This document shows, one piece after another, positions 51,901-62,581 of a stretch of 64,000 nucleotides of DNA. Under the pieces are notes generated by a model that saw nothing but the letters and a program-made list of their open reading frames with translations, was not told the origin of the DNA and did not search any database. How positions within the stretch are numbered: the first letter of the stretch is position 1; every line of letters begins with the position of its first letter. The position numbers and the translations under genes are program-made. Location: the NCBI GenBank assembly GCA_043228905.1, contig JBHGNT010000006.1:16306001-16370000 (forward strand), read 5' to 3'. This DNA comes from Azolla caroliniana (lineage: Eukaryota; Plantae; Polypodiophyta).

Positions 51901-52849
51901 CTTCACTCCTCGTCAACGGCAAGGTTCAACTTGCTCTCCTCGGTGATGAGCATTAGTTCTTCTTCACTTACCGCGATCGTCGTCATTCCCTTCCGGTCCG
52001 GGCATCGCCGATCCGAACCGTTTCGGTCTGATGACTTCTTCGAATCGGTACTGCCGGTTCCCTTGTCTTTCCAAAACTGCCGATAGTTCTTCTGGAAGTG
52101 CCCCGGCTTACCGCAATAGAAGCAAGTGGACCTCCCCCTTGATGTTGACCGTGTCCCCGACTTTTCCCGGTTCTAGGGACTCCGATTCCTTTGTCTTCCG
52201 CATTCCGATTCGGGAAGGAGGGCTTTGGTGTCGAAGATCACTTCCTTGTCTTTTCCGACGCACCTCCTCATCTAGCAAGCTTGACTTGACCCTTGCTAGG
52301 GATAGTTGTTTTCCTTCCAGCCCGGCATTGCCCAACATGACAACTAATGTCTCCCAGCTATCCGGGAGGGAACCGAGCAAGAGTAGAGCAAGTACCTCAT
52401 CGGCGAGAGGTACTTCCAACAAGGTTGCTTGGTGTATCAACCCCTAGAAGGCATTCATGTGCTCCGCCATACTGGAGTTGTCTTGGTATCGGAGCCTCAC
52501 TCGCTTCCGAAATACCGAAACCCAATTAACGACATTCTTGTTCTGGAACATGATGTCGATCTTCTCTCAAAGTTCATGAGCCTTGCTCCCTTCATTGAAG
52601 TTGTTGTACAGGCTCATGTTGATGAAGCACCGGATGTATGTCGTCGTCTTCATGTGCATCACCTCCCACACCGTGGCATCGATCTTATCCGGTCTCTTGT
52701 CCCCGAACTGAGCTGACTACCAAAGATCTTTAACCACTAGCATGTCCCTCATCTTCGACTTCCACACTAAGTAGTTGGAGCCGGTCAGCTTGAACATGCC
52801 GCCGTAAGATTCTTCCATTTTCTGTGTTGTTCGCTCTGATACCAGTTTG
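48904..52849 (-). mobile_element. Ty1/Copia element: 3' LTR 48904-49422, degenerate gag-pol with deletion and internal duplications, PBS; 5' LTR interrupted by the Gypsy insertion at 52850
   Basis: PBS TGGTATCAGAGC at 52833-52844; TPELNGLAER, QLDVKTTFLHG, YLDDML; ~184-bp tandem duplication at 50126-50489. Confidence 0.9.
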
Positions 52850-54498
52850 TGTCATGAAGACAACATTTTGGATATCAAGAATCGAACCAACGACTTCTTG
52901 GTCTATGTGTTGAACCCTTAACCATTGTAATAACATATATGTTGTGTGATTATAATAATTATGTTTCTAGTTATTACAAGATATTAGAATATTCTAGAAC
53001 ATCCTTTAATATTTCATGATTATATTTCTTATCATAAAATCTAAAATATTCTAGAACATTCTAGATTACTCCATAAGGACCTATAAATAATTGTCTATAC
53101 ATTCGTTTCAACTCATTCGGTTCAACACCAGTCTTTAGCCCTTAGCCTACTCATTGTAATCTTGTTTCATCATAATATAATCTCATTTCTATTTCAAGTC
53201 TTATCTCTCTCACTCTCTCTCTCTCACGCACACACACACACACATTCTCTCTTTCGCTCTCACTCTCACTCTCACTCTATCTTCTACCCACGAGTCTCGA
53301 CAGTTTGAACCGAATATTTCTGTTTCCTTTTCCAATAACCCTAGCAAGCTTTCTTCTTTTCCCTTCTTTCTTTTTCTCCCTCAATTATGGAATCCGTCAG
53401 CAAGCAAGAGTATATGCGTGTCCTTTCTGAGCTCGACATGCTCACGACTAAGTTTGTGGCATTAGAGCAAGAAAATCATAGGCTACTCGGGGATTTACAA
53501 CAAGTGAGTACCGAGAAAGCTCATCAATATGAGGAGTTATCACAACGGGTTCATCAATTCGAGGCTACTATATTAACATTACGAGAACAAGCGGCGAGGG
53601 TTCAAAACTCCCCAAGGGAACCAAAGATTAGCCTCCTTGCCAAGTTTGATGGTACTCGATCTTTGTTTCGAGGTTTCCTGAATCAAGTCCGTTTGGTGAT
53701 TCAGTTACATCCCAATCGGTACCCAACTGATGCTGCTCGTGTGGGGTTAATAGGAACCTTGCTAAGCGGTACCGCATTAGCATGGTTTGCACCACTTCTA
53801 GAGAAGAAATCACCATTGTTGGAGGATTTCGAGGCATTCGTTAAAGAGTTTCAAGCTAGTTTTGGAGACACCGATAGCACTAGAACGGTAATAAACAAGA
53901 TTCGAAGACTCCGACAAGGAGATCGTCCCACTTCAGCCTACGCAGCAGATTTCCGTCTCTTGGCATGTGACATCCCTTGGGATGAGGCAGCCTTAATGGA
54001 TCAATTTCGTCAGGGTTTGCGTAATGATGTTAAAGACCTTCTTACTTTCCACGAAGATCCAAAGTCTCTTACAAAGGCCATTAGTCAAGCTGTGCGATGT
54101 GATAATCGCCTATTTGAGCGATGTTCTGAACGTCAATAAATGATACGCCGTCAACCGGAACAGACGTATGCTTCAATAGTCGCAACACCGCCACAAGTTC
54201 CCAGACCCGTTACGAGGGATGGTCCCACTCCGATGGAAATAGAGTCAACACAACGTCGAGGGCCTTTATCAGATGCTGAGAAACAACGACGTCGGGCGCA
54301 TCACCTATGCCTCTATTGTGGTGGTCCAGGACATATTGCTGTGAATTGTCCACATAAACCCAGACGACAAGTTTACCAAGTAAGTGCACATGACAACCCT
54401 ACCATGAGTTCTACTATCACTTCTAATAATTTAACTACTAAGCCTAATAACCCATGCCATGAGAATAGATTTGATGTCTTGAGCCAATTAGAGGATGT

Positions 54499-54551
54499 GT
54501 TAAACGAATAAGTCCGGCCAAAATAGGAGCCATTTGGTTGGACCATCCTAG
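54499..54551 (+). promoter_or_regulatory. Predicted -1 ribosomal frameshift signal (GTTAAAC, 6-nt spacer, pseudoknot) in H1
   Basis: pol is in the -1 frame; 11-bp stem 54512-54522/54533-54543; loop TAGGA pairs with downstream TCCTA. Confidence 0.75.
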
Positions 54552-55071
54552 ATATGTAGAGTTTGTACCTAGTTGTGGTTCCATTTCATCAAATCAAGTT
54601 AGTAGAGTTTTTTCTGCACAAGTCGAGCTTAGCACATCTATAGGTCATCGAGTCCTAGCCTCTGCCCTCCTAGATTCTGGAGCCAATTCTTGTTTCATGG
54701 ATCGCGAATTTGCATTGACCCAAAACATCATCTTGAACAAGCTCCCAAGCCCAGTAGCTGTAGGAGTCATTGATGGTCGCCCTATAGCATCGTGTGATAT
54801 AGTCGAAGAGTCTGAATCAATTCGTGTAGTCCTAGGTAATTTGGCTAGTATCATCTCATTCAACATCATTAGTAGTCCAGAGCACTCTCTAGTTCTTGGT
54901 CTTCCTTGGTTTGAGTTACATAACCCAACTATTGATTGGAGAAAAAGAACTAATGAAGAGGTCATAGTACAATCCGAGTCTCTTGAAACTCCAACAAAGG
55001 ATCTAGGATCCCACATGATTTCAACAATCTCCATACATCAGTTATGAGAGGACGGAAGGAAGGAAGACATG

Positions 55072-55835
55072 TGATGGGAACTCAACGCTCCTTATGCACA
55101 ACGCTCGGCCACAACCGAGCTTAGAATCGTACACAGAAAACAGGAAACGGAAAACACGCGACACAAAGGAGAAGAAAAAATGTACATAGGATGTTTACGT
55201 GGAAAACTCAAACTAAGGGAAAAAACCACGGCAGCCCACAGGCTGCAAACTATCGTTATGTTAGAATGTACAATAGTGAGTTCACGGAGGCAACGACCTC
55301 GTGCTCACGATCCTCGCCACAGGCGGCGGTTACAACAAAGGCTACGATCTCTTCCTCTCTCTCTCTCTCTCTGTACATTGTTACGTGCTCTCTCTTCTTC
55401 TTGCACCAACAAGAAATGACAACAAAAACAGTAACTAAAAGTTTTCCCTAAGTCATATTTATACTAATATGACTTTTTGGCTATTTACAAATATAGCCTC
55501 GATGGACTCTCAGAAACATATTTACGAATATGTCTCTTCATCCAGTTCTCACCGGGTTTGCACCATCCGGCTCTCCGTAGCCGGGTACTCCTCATCCGGA
55601 TCTCACCGGGTCTACACCATCCGGCTCTCCGTAGCCGGGTACTCCTCATCCGGTTCTCGCCGGGTCTGCACCATCCGGCTCTCCGTAGCCGGGTACTCCT
55701 CATCCGGTTCTCATCGGGTCTGCACCATCCGGCTCTCCGTAGCCGGGTACTCCTCATCCGGTTTCGGTCTCGGCCGAGTTTGTTCATCGGCACTGTTCTT
55801 CTCTCTTCCCATTCGGAGGGACCTGTCTCCCAACA
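55072..55835 (-). mobile_element. Solo Copia-type LTR with TSD ACATG, containing four 54-bp tandem repeats (~55538-55762)
   Basis: TG...CA termini; ACATG at 55067-55071 and 55836-55840; homologous to LTR 48904-49422. Confidence 0.92.
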
Positions 55836-57224
55836 ACATGATGGTGTTTGCGGTTTTAGCAACTCCCTCATCTACCTCAGAAGAATTGGGGGTCCAATTA
55901 CCAAAGAAGTACATAGAATTCTCTGATGTGTTCGATAAGGTGAAGGCTAATAGATTACCAGAGCATCGACCCTATGATTGCCCAATTGATTTGCAGCCAG
56001 GAAAAGAGCCTCCATGGGGGCCAATTTATAACCTTTCGCCCACGGAGCTAGAGGTTCTTCGAGAATATATAGATGAGAACCTAGCAAATGTTTTTATCCA
56101 ACATTCAAGATCTCCTGCTGGTGCACCCATCTTTTTCGTTAAGAAGAAAGATGGTACGCTTCGTATGGTCGTGGATTATCGGGGCTTGAATAAAGTAACT
56201 ATTAGAAACCGATATGCTCTACCATTGATCTCAAGCCTTCTAGAACACCTCAGTGGAGCCAAGTTTTTCACGAAGTTAGATCTTCGAGGTGCCTACAACC
56301 TTGTTCGAATGGAAGACCGCATTTCGCACTCGCTATGGTCATTTTGAATATAGAGTGATGCCATTTGGTCTCACGAATGCACCAGCAGTTTTCCAACATA
56401 TGGCGAATGACATTTTTCGAGACTTCCTCGATATCTTCATCATAGTTTACTTGGATGATATCTTGATCTACTCAAAAACTCAAGAGGAGCATGAGATACA
56501 CGTTCGCCAAGTTTTGCAACGGTTACGAGAGTATGGTCTCTATGCAAAATTGGAGAAGTGTAGTTTCGACCAGTGTCAAGTGGAATTTTTGGGGTACATA
56601 GTCTCTTCAAATGTCATCTCTATGGATCCATCAAAGGTTCAAACAATTTTGGATTGGCAAACACCACAGTCTGTGCGAGATGTACAATGTTTTTTGGGGT
56701 TCGCAAACTTTTATCACAAGTTCATCAAAGATTATTCAAAGATTGTATTGCCCCTCACTCAACTAACGCACAAGAATCAACCATTTGTATGGGGTATAGA
56801 TGCGAACTCTGCATTTGAGGGTTTAAAGCAAGCGTTTACATCTGCACCAATTTTAATGCATGTCGATCCAATGAGGCGCTTTATACTTGAAGCTGATGCA
56901 TCTGATTTCGCACTTGGAAGCGTACTATCTGTCATGATATGGCAAGACTCGAACCCATGACCTTAGGTTATATGGGTCAAACTCTTGACCATTAGATCAT
57001 CTATTGTAATACGTAGGATATTATTTTCATTTACATTTTATTATAGGAAATTAGTGTATATTCCAGATTTCTCTGGAACATTCTAGAAGCTTCAGGATTA
57101 CTCCTGAAAACACTATAAAAGAGGGCACTAGGCATTATATTGAACCAAATTGGTTCAACGCTAGTCTTAAGCCTTTTAGCCACCATTGTATATTCTCTTC
57201 ATATAATACATATCTTTCTTATCA

Positions 57225-57263
<39 letters not shown>

Positions 57264-57438
57264 CTCGCTCACTTCTTCCTTCTCTCTCGAAGTTCCACAC
57301 CTCTCATAGTACTAATCCTTCGTTTAGTACTAATTCCTTCTCTGTCTCAGTACTGTTCCTAACAGTTTGAACCAATTTTTCCTACCTTCTGTCTCTCTCA
57401 TTTCCTACTAATCTTTTATTCCTCTTTTCTTTCATCCC

Positions 57439-58661
57439 ATGGCCACTGTTAGCGCTGAAGAATATCAATCTGTTTTCTCGGAATTTCAATGCTTGAAGGA
57501 GAAGTTCCATGCTTTGGAACAAGAAAACCAACGGTTGCTGGGGGATCTTCAGCAAATCTCCTTAGAAAAGCAGCAAACGCAACAACAGCATGGGGAACTT
57601 GCGTTACGTGTGCAACAACTCGAAGCAACCATCGTAGCGATGCAACAACAAGGGCCCGGAACACAAGGGATTCATAAAGAACCCAAGATTGGCCTTCCCA
57701 CGAAGTTCGATGGAATGCGATCGCAGTTTAGAGGGTTCCTTAACCAGGTACGATTAGTTATTCAAATGCATCCTTCCCGATATCCCACCGATGCATCACG
57801 AGTGGGTTTAGTAGGCACTTTGTTAAGTGGCTCAGCGTTGTCATGGTTCGCTCCACTATTAGAAAAGGAATCTCCGTTACTCAACAATTTTGAAGAGTTT
57901 CTAGGTGAGTTTAAAGCATGTTTCGGAGATACTGACAGCATCAGGACCGCAATCAACAAAATCCGGCGATTACGCCAAGGTGACCGTCCAGCCTCCGCAT
58001 ACGCTGCAGATTTTCGCCTACTCGCCGTCGATATCCCTTGGGATGATCAAGCGTTGATGGAGCAATTCTGTTATGGTTTACGCAACGACGTCAAGGATTT
58101 ACTCTTGACCTTCCCCGAAGAGCCAAAGTCCTTAACAGAAGCAATCAGTCGCGCGGTGAGATGTGACAACCGCCTCTTTGAGCGACGTTCGGAACGACAG
58201 CTACAGATGCCGAGGGCAAGATCAGAACCCACCTACGCCTCAGTGGTAGCAAGACCTTTTCCGAGGGAGTCATATAATGCGCCTCCAGCGAATACTCCGA
58301 CTCCGATGGAGATTGACACTACACATCGTCGAGGGCCATTATCCGAAGAAGAAAAGCAACGACACCGTACAAATCGACTATGTCTTTACTGCGGTGGACC
58401 AGGACATATCGCAATAAATTGCCCCCATAGGCCAAGAAGACAAGTAAACCAAATAGTCGCTAGTTCTAATTGTACTAAACCCGAGCTTTATTGCCCCCAT
58501 AGGCCAAGAAGACAGGTAAACCAAATAGTCGCTAGTTCTAATTGTACTAACCCGAGCCTATTTCAGTAGGGATATCTGATAGTCCTAATAGTACTAATAT
58601 CCCAGATCTAGCAAACAAATTTGATGTCCTTAGTCAGTTAGAAGAAGAGTTAAATGACTAA
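57439..58661 (+). CDS. Gag of H2 (frameshifted near the C-terminus; the called ORF stops at 58569)
   Basis: PTKFDG, LSGSALSWF, LRQG..YAADF, CLYCGGPGHIAINC. Confidence 0.9.
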
Positions 58662-58700
58662 GTCCAGCCAAAATAGGAGTCGTTTGGTTGGACAGCCCTA
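58649..58700 (+). promoter_or_regulatory. Predicted -1 ribosomal frameshift signal (GTTAAAT plus pseudoknot) in H2
   Basis: Same spacing and stem as in H1; loop TAGG pairs with downstream CCTA. Confidence 0.75.
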
Positions 58701-61700
58701 GATCTGTGCAACCCATTAGTGGTTCCATTCCCTCTAAGCAAGTTAGTGATGTGTTCGTAGCCCAAGTAATAGTTAGTACTAAAAGTACCCCTCCAGTACA
58801 TGTCCTAGCACTCCTAGATTCCGGAGCTAACTCTTGCTTTATGGATAAGAAATTTGCTCAAGCTCATAAGATATCCCTAAGAAAACTCCAGTGTCCAGCC
58901 TCTGTAGTAGTCATTGATGGACGTCCCATTGCTTCCGGAAATATCATAGAAGAGTCAGAGCCCATTAATATTGTCCTAGATAACTTAGCATGTGTAGTAT
59001 CATTTAATATTATTAGTATCCCAGAACATCCTATAGTTTTAGGATTACCGTGGTTCGAGTTACATAACCCAGACATAGATTGGAGAACAAGAGAAATCCA
59101 GTGTCGACAAACCCAAGGGTCAACTCAGAAGATGGCAACCATTTCGCTACGTCAGTTGCGTAAAGAAGGGCACAAGGAGGAAATGTTCCTCTTTGCAATA
59201 TCAGTAAACCCCTCCAACACCACTAAAGAAGAATCCACCGTTCAACTTCCCGAGAAGTATCGTCATTACGCCGATGTGTTCGATAAAGTACAAGCCAACA
59301 CACTTCCTCATCATCGACCGTACGATTGCCCCATCGATTTACAACCGAGAAAAGAGCCGCCATGGGGACCGATCTACAATTTGTCACCAACCGAGCTGGA
59401 AGTCCTTCAGGCCTATATAGAGGAGAATTTGGAAAATGGTTTCATTCGGCATTCGAAATCTCCAGCCGGCGCGCCCATTTTCTTCGTCAAGAAAAAAGAT
59501 GGATCGCTTCGTCTCGTTGTAGATTACCGTGGCTTGAATAAAGTTACAATCAGGAATAGGTATGCTCTTCCCCTTATCTCAAGTCTTTTAGAACGGATTA
59601 ATGGTGCTAGGTTCTTCACGAAGATCGACTTACGGGGAGCATATAACCTCGTACGGATCCGACTAGGAGACGAATGGAAGACCGCGTTTCGCACTAGATA
59701 TGGGCACTTCGAGTATACGGTCATGCCGTTCGGCCTCACTAATGCGCCGGCAGTCTTCCAGCACATGGCTAATGATATATTCCGAGATCTATTGGATGAT
59801 TGTTTGATCATCTATTTGGATGATCTACTGGTTTATTCAAAGACCCAAGAAGAACATGATTCTCATGTACTATTAGTACTAAAACGACTTCGAGAACATG
59901 GTCTGTATGCAAAGCTAGAAAAATGTAGTTTTGGGTGCAACCAAGTGGAATTTCTCGGCTACATCATTTCGTCAGAAGGCATCTCCATGGACCCAGCTAA
60001 GGTCAAAACGGTGGTAGAATGGCAGACTCCGCGTTCAATGCGGGATGTGCAATGCTTCTTAGGCTTTGCCAATTTTTACCGGAAGTTTATACAAGATTAC
60101 TCAAAGATCGTTCTACCTCTCACACAAGTTACCAGGACGGGACAACCATTCATCTGGTCTGAAGAAACGGACATGGCTTTCGAGAGTCTTAAAAAGGCAT
60201 TTACATCGGCTCCAATTCTAGCTCATGTCGATCCGGAAAAACCATTCATTATCGAAGCTGACGCATCGGATTTTGCATTGGGGAGCATTCTGTCACAACA
60301 GGGGAATGATGAGAAACTACATCCTGTGGCTTTTCACTCACGCAAGTTTGACGCCGCCGAAATCAACTACGAAATTCATGATAAGGAGCTATTGGCAATA
60401 GTGGATTCTTTTATGCAATGGAGGCATTTTCTGGAGGGATCCTCTCATCCAGTCACCGTATTTAGTGACCACAAGAATCTTGCCTACTTTCAGGATGCTC
60501 GTGTGTTGAATCGACGTCAAGCTCGGTGGGCCCACTTCCTCACGCGTTTCGACTTCAAAATTACATATCGTCCGGGGAGGCACCAAGGGAAGGCAGATGC
60601 ATTATCACGACGTTCGTATCTAGCACCCTGTCCTGGCGAGCCAGCTTTCGATAACCAAAAACAAGTCATCTTGGGACCGGCACGACTACAAGCAACACAG
60701 ATCTTTGACATGCCTATGGATTCCCACGTTATCGATACCATACGTGAAGACTTGAAGACAGATGCGTTCGCCCAATCTATACTAGCACAAATTGATCCCT
60801 CTCGAGCGTCGTGTTCACAGTCGCAACCACCAGGTACGGACTATCGGCAATTCAAATACCATGATGGATTACTCTTCTTTAAAGAACTTTTGTATGTTCC
60901 TAATGGTTCTTGCCGCCTTCGAGTAGTACAAAACTGTCATGACACATATACAGCTGGGCATTTTGGTAGTACTAAAACATTACATTTAGTACAACGAACA
61001 TTCTGGTGGCCCTGTATGCGACAATTTGTCGAGGATTTTGTTCGGACTTGTGATGCATGTTGCAGGGCGAAAATGCCAAGGCATCATCCATATGGTTTAT
61101 TAGAACCATTACCAATTCCAAGCAAGCCGTGGCAATCCATTGCTCTAGACTTCATCACAGATCTTCCAGTCTCTAAGGGGTTCAATGCGATTCTAACGGT
61201 GGTCGATCGATATACGAAGATGGCTCATTTCTTGCCATGTACTAAGGAGATCTCCAGTGAAGACACTGCCGAAATTGTCATGCGTGAAGTATGTCGGCAT
61301 CATGGACTTCCCGATAGTATCATCAGCGACCGTGGACCCCAGTTCGTGTCAAAATTCTGGAAGCACCTTTTTAACATGCTCAAGGTCACTTGTAACCTCT
61401 CCTCCGGCTACCACCCACAAACCGACGGCCAAGCTGAACGAACAAATCAAACGTTGGAGCAGTATCTGCGGTGCTTTCTCAGCTATCATCAAGATGACTG
61501 GGCAGATGTTCTCCACTTCGCCGAATTTGCCTATAACAACTCTATCCACGCATCCACTAAAGTTACACCATTTTATGCTTATACGGGATGTCAACCCCGG
61601 TGGAGTGTACTTGAAACCCCAGAGGTGTCCACAAATCCGTGCGCGGAGGATCGTTTGGAGCAGTTACGCAAGATACAAACGGATCTATCTACTCATCTCC

Positions 61701-62245
61701 AACAAGCTCAACAAACACACAAGGTCTACGCGGATCGTCATCGACTTCCATCCAGTTTTAATATTGGAGATCAGGTGTGGCTGCTACGACGACACATCAA
61801 GACTACTCGTCCATGTGAGAAGTTAGATTATCGGCGATTAGGTCCTTTCCGTATTATTGGACAGATTAATGATGTCGCTTTTCGTCTCGATCTACCTCCT
61901 CAACTTCAGATACATCCGGTGTTTCATAGTTCTCTCCTCGAACCCTACCACGAGAGCACCATCCCAGGACGTCTTATCCAACCTCCACCCCCGATCGAGC
62001 TTGAAGATGGGCCGGAGTACGAGGTTGTCGCCATCCTTGATTCCAAGATTGTTCGCAACAAGCTCTACTATCTAGTCGATTGGCTAGGCTATAGCCCCAA
62101 CGAACGTACTTGGGAACCGATCGAGAATGTGACCAATGCTCGTGCGCTTCTTGAAGACTTCCATCGTCAATACCCACACAAACCAGGTCCTCAATCCAAG
62201 ACGACTCGTGACACTTGTCGTTTTAAAGGGGGGATAGTGTCATGA
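58688..62245 (+). CDS. Pol of H2: protease, RT, RNase H, integrase, chromodomain (intact 1185-aa frame)
   Basis: LLDSGA, YLDD, DAS..G, GHFG..CDAC, ALDFI, SDRG, QTDGQAER, GPF, YEVVAILD..YLVDWLGY...TWEP. Confidence 0.97.
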   Translation: MDSPRSVQPISGSIPSKQVSDVFVAQVIVSTKSTPPVHVLALLDSGANSCFMDKKFAQAHKISLRKLQCPASVVVIDGRPIASGNIIEESEPINIVLDNLACVVSFNIISIPEHPIVLGLPWFELHNPDIDWRTREIQCRQTQGSTQKMATISLRQLRKEGHKEEMFLFAISVNPSNTTKEESTVQLPEKYRHYADVFDKVQANTLPHHRPYDCPIDLQPRKEPPWGPIYNLSPTELEVLQAYIEENLENGFIRHSKSPAGAPIFFVKKKDGSLRLVVDYRGLNKVTIRNRYALPLISSLLERINGARFFTKIDLRGAYNLVRIRLGDEWKTAFRTRYGHFEYTVMPFGLTNAPAVFQHMANDIFRDLLDDCLIIYLDDLLVYSKTQEEHDSHVLLVLKRLREHGLYAKLEKCSFGCNQVEFLGYIISSEGISMDPAKVKTVVEWQTPRSMRDVQCFLGFANFYRKFIQDYSKIVLPLTQVTRTGQPFIWSEETDMAFESLKKAFTSAPILAHVDPEKPFIIEADASDFALGSILSQQGNDEKLHPVAFHSRKFDAAEINYEIHDKELLAIVDSFMQWRHFLEGSSHPVTVFSDHKNLAYFQDARVLNRRQARWAHFLTRFDFKITYRPGRHQGKADALSRRSYLAPCPGEPAFDNQKQVILGPARLQATQIFDMPMDSHVIDTIREDLKTDAFAQSILAQIDPSRASCSQSQPPGTDYRQFKYHDGLLFFKELLYVPNGSCRLRVVQNCHDTYTAGHFGSTKTLHLVQRTFWWPCMRQFVEDFVRTCDACCRAKMPRHHPYGLLEPLPIPSKPWQSIALDFITDLPVSKGFNAILTVVDRYTKMAHFLPCTKEISSEDTAEIVMREVCRHHGLPDSIISDRGPQFVSKFWKHLFNMLKVTCNLSSGYHPQTDGQAERTNQTLEQYLRCFLSYHQDDWADVLHFAEFAYNNSIHASTKVTPFYAYTGCQPRWSVLETPEVSTNPCAEDRLEQLRKIQTDLSTHLQQAQQTHKVYADRHRLPSSFNIGDQVWLLRRHIKTTRPCEKLDYRRLGPFRIIGQINDVAFRLDLPPQLQIHPVFHSSLLEPYHESTIPGRLIQPPPPIELEDGPEYEVVAILDSKIVRNKLYYLVDWLGYSPNERTWEPIENVTNARALLEDFHRQYPHKPGPQSKTTRDTCRFKGGIVS

Positions 62246-62529
62246 TATGGCAAGACTCGAACCCATGACCTTAAGTTATATGGGTCGAGCTCTTGACCAT
62301 TAGATCATCTATTGTAAGTAGGATATTATTTTCATTTACATTTTATTATAGGAAATTACTGTATATTCCAGATTTCTCTAGAACATTCTAGAAGCTTCAG
62401 GATTACTCCTGAAAACACTATAAAAGAGGGCATTAGGCATTATATTGAACCAAATTGGTTCAACGCTAGTCTTAAGCCTTTTAGCCACCATTGTATATTC
62501 TCTTCATATAATACATATCTTTCTTATCA

Positions 62530-62581
<52 letters not shown>

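Noticed and set aside
55469-55926. Repeat-containing ORFs and a CRISPR-like look
   Set aside because: Head-to-tail 54-bp units with no unique spacers, inside a solo LTR; the frames are open only because the unit is a stop-free multiple of 3.
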